Of a DNA stretch of 32,000 nucleotides, positions 24,627 to 31,068 are shown piece after piece; the stretch's first letter is position 1; every line of letters starts with the position of its first letter. Both the position numbers and the translations under genes were made by a program. Location: assembly GCF_008065095.1 (NCBI RefSeq), contig NZ_CP042911.1:4350001-4382000 (forward strand), written 5' to 3'. Source of the stretch: Gemmata obscuriglobus. GTDB lineage: Bacteria > Planctomycetota > Planctomycetia > Gemmatales > Gemmataceae. The notes under the pieces are model-generated. The model searched no databases. It was not told the origin of the DNA and saw only the letters and a program-made list of their open reading frames with translations.

Positions 24627-25269
24627 GAGCACCGCGACCGCGGCCCGCGTCGTGCGGGAGGCGCTCCTGTACCCGCGGGCCGACTGCCTCGTGTTCTGCC
24701 CCACGATGCGGCAGAGCATGGAAATGCTCCGCAAGGTGCGCGACTTCTACCGCGCGCTGGGGAGCCCGGTGGCCGAGCTCGCGGACACGAAGACGAGCCT
24801 CGAGCTGGCGAACGGGTCGCGGGTCATCAGCCTGCCCGATTCGCAGGAGGGCGTGGTCGGGTTCAGCGCGCCGCGGCTGGTCGTGATCGACGAGGGGAGC
24901 CGGGTCAGCGACGAACTGTACAAGAGCGTCCGCCCGATGCTCGCGGTGTCGAAGGGCCAGTTGCTCACGCTATCGACGCCGTTCGGGAACCAGGGCTGGT
25001 TCTTCGACATCTGGGACGACAGCGCCGAAGGGTTGAAGCGGCGGTCGAAGCTGCACGAGCCGTGGCAGCGGACCGCGGTGCCGGCGAGCCAGATCCCGCG
25101 GATCACGCCCGAGTTCCTGGAGGACGAGCGGGCCGAGCTGGGCGAGCGGTGGTTCCAGCAGGAGTACTTCCTCCGGTTCCTCGACTCGATCGACGCGGTG
25201 TTCAGTCAGGCGGTGATCCACGGGGCCCGGTCCGAAGGGATCGAGCCCCTGTTCGACCTGGGGGCGTAA
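24409..25269 (+). CDS. terL: terminase large subunit, ATPase domain only
   Basis: 286 aa. Walker A (CSRQAGKST), Walker B (RLVVIDEGS) and the coupling motif (LTLSTP) are present. It ends just after the QQEYFLRF hinge-like segment. Confidence 0.8.
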   Translation: MASIASLRAQVAKLRAQAAARMRCGSRETLERLRADPTLPFTAMGWRPDPWQARFLTSPGKRESLLCSRQAGKSTATAARVVREALLYPRADCLVFCPTMRQSMEMLRKVRDFYRALGSPVAELADTKTSLELANGSRVISLPDSQEGVVGFSAPRLVVIDEGSRVSDELYKSVRPMLAVSKGQLLTLSTPFGNQGWFFDIWDDSAEGLKRRSKLHEPWQRTAVPASQIPRITPEFLEDERAELGERWFQQEYFLRFLDSIDAVFSQAVIHGARSEGIEPLFDLGA

Positions 25270-25288
25270 TGAATGTCGGCCGAAGTAT

Positions 25289-25573
25289 TTACTTCGTGTT
25301 GTAGAGACCGGAAGCGGTCTTTACATTGTCGAGCAGGCATTTGTCCTCACTGCCACTGACGAGGCCGATGATGGCACCGACCACACCCCCGACGACCGTT
25401 CCGACAACCGGAACAACGGAACCGGCCGCTGCTCCGGCCATCATGCCACCCATCGCACCGAGCTGTGACCCGAGAACACTGTGGGCGGCCTGATCGGCGG
25501 CTTCGTCGCCACCCCGCTTCCGCTCCGCCTCAATGATCTCGCGAGCCTGATGGACTGCGCCCCAGAACGGCAT
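25289..25573 (-). CDS. glycine-zipper membrane protein (moron inside the split terL)
   Basis: I trimmed the track ORF to the ATG (complement of 25571-25573), which has a strong AGGAGGAG SD. The product has GAMGGMMAGAAAGSVVPVVGTVVGGVVGAIIGLV. GC is visibly lower than the surroundings. Confidence 0.6.
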   Translation of the reverse strand: MPFWGAVHQAREIIEAERKRGGDEAADQAAHSVLGSQLGAMGGMMAGAAAGSVVPVVGTVVGGVVGAIIGLVSGSEDKCLLDNVKTASGLYNTK

Positions 25574-25900
25574 AGCTCTCCTCCTAAACATTGACTTCGA
25601 TGCTAGATCGAAGTCAGATAATCGAACCGAGTTGGCGGGTCTCTGTTGCCGCCAACCACTACCCATTGTTACGCACGCGAGGTGATTTTATTTATGAAAT
25701 CCATCTACTCATTATAATCTCATAAAATATGGCATTGCCCCTCTAGGGCGATAAAAGTCAGGCCAGGTGGCTGATTCCAGTGCTCGGCAGTAGTTGGCCC
25801 ATCGCACCACACCATTCCATCCGGGCAACCCCCTCCCGCACACTGGGCTCGTCTGGTGCGGGCGCCCGCACCTCCGCTCCGTCCGCCGAGGGCCCCGACC

Positions 25901-26305
25901 GTGCCGAACGTGAAAGCGATTCTCCTGGCCGTTCTGAAGGGCGCCGCGTGCCTGTTCGTGCGCTCGCGCCTCGACAACGTGGTGTCGCCCCCGAGCACCT
26001 TCACGCCCCCGTCCGTCATTACGCCCACCGTGGGGCGGGTGGTGTGGTTCTTCCCGGCGGACCGCGCCCCGAGCGATCAGCCGCTGCCGGCGCTCGTCGC
26101 CCACGTGTGGAGCGACACGGTGGTGAACCTCGCGATCTTCGACGCGAGCGGTAACCCGGTGCCGAACCCGCCCACGTCGGTGCCGCTGCTCTCCGCGAGC
26201 AGCGTGCCTCCTGGCGGCGGGCCGTACTGCACCTGGATGCCGTACCAGCAGGGCCAGGCCGCGAAGACCGATGCCCTGGCGAAGCAGCTGGCGGCGCGGT
26301 CGTGA
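25901..26305 (+). CDS. hypothetical protein with an N-terminal hydrophobic segment
   Basis: The GTG at 25901 follows GAGGG. The product begins VPNVKAILLAVLKGAACLFV..., and GC3 is high. The start choice is uncertain (track start 25856). Confidence 0.42.
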   Translation: MPNVKAILLAVLKGAACLFVRSRLDNVVSPPSTFTPPSVITPTVGRVVWFFPADRAPSDQPLPALVAHVWSDTVVNLAIFDASGNPVPNPPTSVPLLSASSVPPGGGPYCTWMPYQQGQAAKTDALAKQLAARS

Positions 26306-26402
26306 ACCCGAACCCGCCCACGTCCGACCCGGACCGGCGGGCGGACCCGTGGGGCCGCGACGACGGCCGGCACGATTACGACGTGGTTCCGAGGGGCGGG
26401 CT

Positions 26403-27134
26403 GTGGGAGTGAACCCCGAGAAGCTGTTCAGCGGGCTCGACCTCGGCAAGGCCGCGGACTTCAGCGTCCTGGCCACGGTCGGGCGCCGCAAGCTCGACCG
26501 CCCCGTGGCGAAGCGGCGGTTCAGCTACTCGGTCCGGTGGCTGCAGAGCTGGGACCTGGGCACGCGGTACACCGCGACCCGGCCCGGCGAGCGGTCCGTG
26601 ATCGGCGACGTGAAGGCGCTGTACGAGCAGCCGGCGCTGACGTGGACGACGCTCGCGGCGGACTACACCGGCGTCGGCATGGCGGTGATCGAGCAGGTCA
26701 TGGCGGCCAAGGTGAAGGCCCGGTTGCACCCCGTGTGCATCACCGCGGGCCACTCGATCAGCACGCCCGACGAGACCAAGGACCGCTCCTGGCACGTGCC
26801 AAAGAAGGAACTGGTCTCGACGCTGGTCGTGCTGCTGGAGAACGAGCTGCTCAAGTGGCAGGCCCCGAACACCCGCGGGGCGCTGCCGCTGATCGGGCGG
26901 TTCGAGAAGGAACTGCAGGCGTTCCGCGAGCACGTGACGAAGTCGAAGAACGTGACCTTCGGGGCCGAGCAGAGCCAGCACGACGACATCGTGATGGCTG
27001 TTGCGCTGTGCTGCTGGCTGGCGGAGCACAGCGGGGGCGGGGACGCGGCCGGGATCGGCGTGCCCGACGAGCGGGACGCGAGCGCGGTGGGCGGGGCGCC
27101 CGCCGGCGTGTTCGCCAGCGGGAACGGGGTGTGA
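26403..27134 (+). CDS. terL: terminase large subunit, RNase H-like nuclease domain only
   Basis: The GTG at 26403 (or 26409) follows GAGGGG. The motifs GLDLGKAADFSVLA and QHDDIVMAVALCCW fit the terminase nuclease acidic residues. The stop at 27132-27134 sits at the junction with the attC-like repeat. Confidence 0.72.
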   Translation: MGVNPEKLFSGLDLGKAADFSVLATVGRRKLDRPVAKRRFSYSVRWLQSWDLGTRYTATRPGERSVIGDVKALYEQPALTWTTLAADYTGVGMAVIEQVMAAKVKARLHPVCITAGHSISTPDETKDRSWHVPKKELVSTLVVLLENELLKWQAPNTRGALPLIGRFEKELQAFREHVTKSKNVTFGAEQSQHDDIVMAVALCCWLAEHSGGGDAAGIGVPDERDASAVGGAPAGVFASGNGV

Positions 27135-27141
27135 GGGGCGA

Positions 27142-27188
27142 TGCGTCGCAAATCAGCCGGCGGTGTCAGGTGCAGCGCCGGGTTCGGC
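27142..27188 (-). repeat. attC-like site A, truncated (R''-L'' arm and part of the loop only)
   Basis: TGCGTCGCAAATCAGCCGGCGGTGTCAGGTGCAGCGCCGGGTTCGGC matches the right (+ strand) half of the other copies. The left arm is replaced by the terL 3' end. Confidence 0.75.
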
Positions 27189-27220
27189 TCGACAACCGGT
27201 GCTTGGCGCGGCCCGTCGAG

Positions 27221-27790
27221 TTAAACGGCCATTTGAACGGTAACGCCACGCCTGCTGAGCTCGTTCACGAACGAGAGCAGCGCACCTTGGTCGAACGCTA
27301 CATGCACGAGGCAGAAGGTCACCTGCCGACCGTTCCTGTCGGTGACGTGCATCCGCCCCTTCTTGATGAACCCTACCATGCTGAAGCCGTCAGCTCGCGC
27401 GAGGAGTTGTCCCGAACCGTTTTGCAGTTCGCCGACGGCGACGGCCCTCAACTTGTCTGTGTGGTATCGTTGCTCGATGAAGCGACCGGCCAAGCCACCT
27501 GGCGTTAAACCTCGAATGATGACCTCGTCCTTTCGCAGGCAGAGCCGGCACTGCGACAGGCAGGAGACCAAGTACCGGACATACCAGACTGTACTCAGCA
27601 GGACAACTGGAGCGGTGATCCCGTTAACGATCGGTCTGACCAGATCGGCTCGTAATCGGCCGTCGAAAACGATCCAGAGGCCGCCCCCGACAAAGAGGTA
27701 GTACATGACCAAGACGATCAGCCACTCCGGCCGAAGCTGCGCCAGGAGGCCAAGGAAAATTTGTGCGCGGGTGCGAGCAAAAAAGCTCAT
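27221..27790 (-). CDS. cassette ORF 1: membrane protein (about 3 TM) with a soluble C-terminal domain, unknown function
   Basis: I trimmed the track ORF 27221..27862, whose first 24 codons lie in the repeat, to the ATG (complement of 27788-27790) after AAGGA. It has hydrophobic segments (WLIVLVMYYLFVGGGLWIVF, ITAPVVLLSTVWYV). Confidence 0.55.
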   Translation of the reverse strand: MSFFARTRAQIFLGLLAQLRPEWLIVLVMYYLFVGGGLWIVFDGRLRADLVRPIVNGITAPVVLLSTVWYVRYLVSCLSQCRLCLRKDEVIIRGLTPGGLAGRFIEQRYHTDKLRAVAVGELQNGSGQLLARADGFSMVGFIKKGRMHVTDRNGRQVTFCLVHVAFDQGALLSFVNELSRRGVTVQMAV

Positions 27791-27832
27791 CTCACGTCCT
27801 TTGGTCCGCCTCCTCGACGACCCGCCTTTGCC

Positions 27833-27923
27833 GCCGAACATACAGCTCACCTGCACCGCCATCTCCGGATGAGCAATGCGTCCCGAATCAGATGGCGGTG
27901 TCAGGTGCAGCGCCGGGTTCGGC
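27833..27923 (-). repeat. attC-like site B
   Basis: GCCGAAC (27833-27839) ... GTTCGGC (27917-27923), 91 nt, with the shared stem, bubble and bulge architecture. Confidence 0.8.
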
Positions 27924-28439
27924 TGCCTTTTGCCTAGAAGCTAGGAAAGAGCGCACGAACGCCGCCTGTCGCTGGACTCCGACGTTGGGATGCGTCGCCA
28001 TTGCTTCCAGAATTTGACCGCAATCTTCGGGGTCTGCGAGGCCGGACCAGAGCAGTTGGTCAACGATCCCTGCACCCCACACCTGCACGCCCTCATCTTC
28101 ATCGCCGAGGAATTCAGCCGCCCAAGCGATCCCTCTTCCGTCGGCAACCATCCGAAGCAGCTCGACGGCTGATCTTCGGGACTCTGCGTCCGCCTCACTG
28201 CGAGCAATCTCCAGGCACCGCTCCATCGCTGATAACGGCTTTAAGAGGGCAAGCACTGAGCGGGCCAACTCGCTGCCCGGTGCGCCCGCGACGTAATAGT
28301 CCACGGCGGATCGAAGGGAATCAACACCGACGATCAACTCCAGCGCTTGACGGCCCAAGTCCGAGCCGCCACTTTCGCCACCATCACGAAGAGTGCCGAG
28401 TTTCTGGGCCAGAGCGTGCCAATCCACCAGCCCCACCAC
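27888..28439 (-). CDS. cassette ORF 2: helical-repeat (HEAT-like) protein, unknown function
   Basis: The GTG (complement of 28437-28439) follows CAGAGGG. The ORF reads into attC-like site B and stops there, with the tail AEPGAAPDTAI. The HEAT-like impression comes from repeated helical segments only. Confidence 0.5.
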   Translation of the reverse strand: MVGLVDWHALAQKLGTLRDGGESGGSDLGRQALELIVGVDSLRSAVDYYVAGAPGSELARSVLALLKPLSAMERCLEIARSEADAESRRSAVELLRMVADGRGIAWAAEFLGDEDEGVQVWGAGIVDQLLWSGLADPEDCGQILEAMATHPNVGVQRQAAFVRSFLASRQKAAEPGAAPDTAI

Positions 28440-28454
28440 GGAAGCCCTCTGGGT

Positions 28455-28546
28455 GCCGAACATAAAGCTCACCTGCACCGCCCCCTGCCAAGGGAGCGAT
28501 GCCATCCAAGCTACATGGCGGTGTCAGGTGCAGCGCCGGGTTCGGC
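28455..28546 (-). repeat. attC-like site C
   Basis: GCCGAAC (28455-28461) ... GTTCGGC (28540-28546), 92 nt. Confidence 0.8.
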
Positions 28547-28552
28547 GTGCCT

Positions 28553-28897
28553 TTACTCCGCGCACAGGAAACCCGCGGCCTGCCACGCCGCAAAGCTCTG
28601 GGCTACTGGCTCAAAGCAGTCCGGCGTCATTGCCCCCATGCCGACGCTGTGGACCTGCCCGTCCGCGAGCGACAGCACGAGCGCGACCCCGCCGCTGTTG
28701 TCGCCGATCATCAGGTGCCCTGGGCAGTACGCCCGCGACTCGTGGGTGTCATTCCGCTCCATCACGGCGGTGCGACCGTACACCAGCGTCCGCCCATTGG
28801 CCGCGAGGAACGACACGGCGGTGCCCGCTAGGAAGGAACGGTACGGCTCCGGCAGCGGTCGCCCGAGCCATGTCTCGACCTCTTCCAGCGACTGCAC
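28553..28897 (-). CDS. cassette ORF 3: SMI1/KNR4 (SUKH-1)-family protein, immunity-protein-like
   Basis: The GTG (complement of 28895-28897) follows GGAGGG. The segments LEEVETWLGRPLPEPYRSFL, LMIGDNSGGVALVL and SFAAW follow the SUKH pattern. Confidence 0.62.
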   Translation of the reverse strand: MQSLEEVETWLGRPLPEPYRSFLAGTAVSFLAANGRTLVYGRTAVMERNDTHESRAYCPGHLMIGDNSGGVALVLSLADGQVHSVGMGAMTPDCFEPVAQSFAAWQAAGFLCAE

Positions 28898-28915
28898 GCC
28901 CTGCGCCCTCCGGTG

Positions 28916-29004
28916 GCCGAACAAATAGCTCACCTGCCGCGGGGTGAGCGAAACGGTCAGGAAACGACGCATTTGACGCGGTCAGGTGCAGCGCCGGGTT
29001 CGGC
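28916..29004 (-). repeat. attC-like site D
   Basis: GCCGAAC (28916-28922) ... GTTCGGC (28998-29004), 89 nt. The inner stem differs in sequence (CCGCG/CGCGG) but still pairs. Confidence 0.78.
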
Positions 29005-29024
29005 CTCTTGGGCGCTGCATGTGG

Positions 29025-29375
29025 TTAACCGACCGGTCCCTTCGTCGGCGGGACCGGGTCGGGGGTACATGGCGAGCGGGTGAGGGCGGTTGTGAGTCCA
29101 CCGCCGATGCGGTAGAGGAGCACCGCGAGGTCGCGGGCACCGATCCCGGCGCACGCCAGCAGCAGAGCGGACAGCAGCCACACAACCACTGACTCGGACG
29201 AGAAGAAGAACCGCTCAAGAGCGGCAGCCCACCACTGGGCGCTGCCGCTCGGGGACACACCCGTCATACTTGCGAAGGCGAAGGCTACGACGAGCGGCCA
29301 CCCGATCGCCGCGGCCATCATGGCGGCAAGGAGCAGCCGCGCGACCAAGAAGCCCGAGCTAACGTGCTTCGTCAT
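29025..29375 (-). CDS. cassette ORF 4: small membrane protein (about 3 TM)
   Basis: The ATG (complement of 29373-29375) follows CAGAGG, giving MTKHVSSGFLVARLLLAAMMAAAIGWPLVVAFAF... Confidence 0.5.
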   Translation of the reverse strand: MTKHVSSGFLVARLLLAAMMAAAIGWPLVVAFAFASMTGVSPSGSAQWWAAALERFFFSSESVVVWLLSALLLACAGIGARDLAVLLYRIGGGLTTALTRSPCTPDPVPPTKGPVG

Positions 29376-29391
29376 CGCTCTACCTCTGCTT

Positions 29392-29504
29392 GCCGAACGA
29401 TGAAGCTCACCGGCCCGGCCGCGACGCCAGTGTGCGGCAGAGACGCGCAGGGAGCAACGGGAAACAGACGACGTGGCCGGGTCCGGTGCAGCGCCGGGTT
29501 CGGC
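29392..29504 (-). repeat. attC-like site E
   Basis: GCCGAAC (29392-29398) ... GTTCGGC (29498-29504), 113 nt. The stems carry compensatory changes and the loop is longer. Confidence 0.78.
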
Positions 29505-29513
29505 CTCGGCCAC

Positions 29514-29876
29514 CTACACGTCGCGGTGAAACAGCCGCCGCACCTCGGCCTCGTACTCGGCAGCCAACCCGAACTCCTCCGGTTGCCGGGTGTGGTTGCC
29601 GAACAGGTCGGCCATCGCGATCCGCCACGCTCCCGCGTGCGTCATCAGCCCGCGCTTGTCCATCGGCTCGTAGTGAAACCGTGCCACGCTTCGGCGGTGA
29701 GCCTCGTCCGGCTCAACACCGCCGATCTTGACGAGCACCCACGCGTACAGCTGCTGCTCGGCCTCCAGGTACGGGACGTACTCCGCGTCCGGCCACCAGT
29801 CAACTGGGCGAGTTGCCGCCGACTCCGCTCGCTGGCGGACTCGGGTGAGCCAGTTGTCCGGCTGCGGTTCCGCCAT
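29514..29876 (-). CDS. cassette ORF 5: hypothetical protein
   Basis: The ATG (complement of 29874-29876) follows CAGAGGAG. The 120 aa product starts MAEPQPDNWL... Confidence 0.5.
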   Translation of the reverse strand: MAEPQPDNWLTRVRQRAESAATRPVDWWPDAEYVPYLEAEQQLYAWVLVKIGGVEPDEAHRRSVARFHYEPMDKRGLMTHAGAWRIAMADLFGNHTRQPEEFGLAAEYEAEVRRLFHRDV

Positions 29877-29894
29877 CCGGTGGACTCCTCTGTG

Positions 29895-29985
29895 GCCGAA
29901 CAAATAGCTCACCTGCACCGCCATCACCGGATGAGCAGTGCGTCACAAATTAGATGGCGGTGTCAGGTGCAGCGTCGGGTTCGGC
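29895..29985 (-). repeat. attC-like site F
   Basis: GCCGAAC (29895-29901) ... GTTCGGC (29979-29985), 91 nt. Confidence 0.8.
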
Positions 29986-30441
29986 GTGCCTCTGCTCCGG
30001 AGGCAGCCCGCCCTGATGCCGGATGAACGCCAGTCCCGTGGGATCGTAGTACCCCGGCGCGTGGACGCTCACGCTGTCGAACGTGAAGCCCTGGTCGCCG
30101 TCCTCGTCCGACACGCAACTCCGCCACAGGCCCATGCGCAGATCGGGGAAGTAGTACGAGTGCCGCCCTGGCCGGTACACTTCTGGCGCCAACCCGAGCC
30201 GCTCGGCGATCTCGGCGATGACCTCGTCGGCCCCGGCCTCGAACAGGTCGATGCCCTCGAACGATCCCCAGTGCTTGGGCGATTCGACGAACGCCACCAC
30301 CGGTGGATCACCGCGGAAATCCACCCGGATGTCGCGATCCTGGTCGAGCAGGGGTTGTACTTCCGCGCGGGTCATGCCCAGCCGCACCATGCCGGCGAGC
30401 GACCGGATGCCGATGTGCGGGACCACCTCATCCGCTGCCAT
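29950..30441 (-). CDS. cassette ORF 6: hypothetical protein
   Basis: The ATG (complement of 30439-30441) follows CAGAGGG. 163 aa. It reads into attC-like site F and stops there, with the tail AEPDAAPDTAI. Confidence 0.55.
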   Translation of the reverse strand: MAADEVVPHIGIRSLAGMVRLGMTRAEVQPLLDQDRDIRVDFRGDPPVVAFVESPKHWGSFEGIDLFEAGADEVIAEIAERLGLAPEVYRPGRHSYYFPDLRMGLWRSCVSDEDGDQGFTFDSVSVHAPGYYDPTGLAFIRHQGGLPPEQRHAEPDAAPDTAI

Positions 30442-30455
30442 CAGCGCCCTCTGTT

Positions 30456-30546
30456 GCCGAACATACAGCTCACCTGCACCGCCATCACCGGATGAGCGGT
30501 GCGTTCCGAATCAGATGGCGGTGTCAGGTGCAGCGCCGGGTTCGGC
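30456..30546 (-). repeat. attC-like site G
   Basis: GCCGAAC (30456-30462) ... GTTCGGC (30540-30546), 91 nt. Confidence 0.8.
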
Positions 30547-30634
30547 TCGCCTTGCTCGGGACTGAATCGGCCGCGCCCCGTCAGCAGAGCCGCCAAATGA
30601 GGCAAGCGACACCGCCGGTCAACGTTACGCCGGG

Positions 30635-31045
30635 TTAGGACTCTGCTTGGCTCCACTCAGCCAGCGCCGCCCCGGCACGCCGCAACTCCGCCCGCACGAC
30701 GCTCAGCGTGGCGTCCGTTTGCCAGCAGCAGGCGTCGTCGGAGGTCGAGCCCATGTACACGCCGAGCAGCACCCGGCCGTCGTCCCCGGCCTCGGCCCGT
30801 AGGGTAAAGTCCTCCCCGCTCGCCGTCCACTGCCGCTCGCGGCCGGCGGCGACACCCGCCGCCGATATGAGGAAGTCGCCGAGCTGTCCCATCCCAGGGA
30901 AGGCGGGCTCGGCGTCGGGATCAACGGACACGGCGGCCTCGAACGCCGTTCCGCGGAGCCACGCCACCAGTACGCCCGGCAGGTCTGGGTCGGGCGACAG
31001 CGACAGCGACATACCCGCCGCCTCAGCGATAGTGACGACCGCCAC
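30635..31045 (-). CDS. cassette ORF 7: hypothetical protein
   Basis: The GTG (complement of 31043-31045, or 31049-31051) follows GGAGG. About 136 aa. The stop lies 88 nt before attC-like site G. Confidence 0.45.
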   Translation of the reverse strand: MAVVTIAEAAGMSLSLSPDPDLPGVLVAWLRGTAFEAAVSVDPDAEPAFPGMGQLGDFLISAAGVAAGRERQWTASGEDFTLRAEAGDDGRVLLGVYMGSTSDDACCWQTDATLSVVRAELRRAGAALAEWSQAES

Positions 31046-31068
31046 GAGCACCTCCGGGTGCCTTTGGT

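Larger units (their letters stand above)
8401..27134. mobile_element. integrase-bounded phage-derived element (defective prophage or satellite-like island) lacking virion genes
   Basis: The left end has a low-GC att-like region plus a tyrosine integrase. A co-linear plus-strand block follows: xis, recombination, replication, ParB, methylase, TerS and TerL. The right end is an abrupt junction with a truncated attC-like repeat at about 27133-27142. The left boundary is approximate. Confidence 0.7.
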
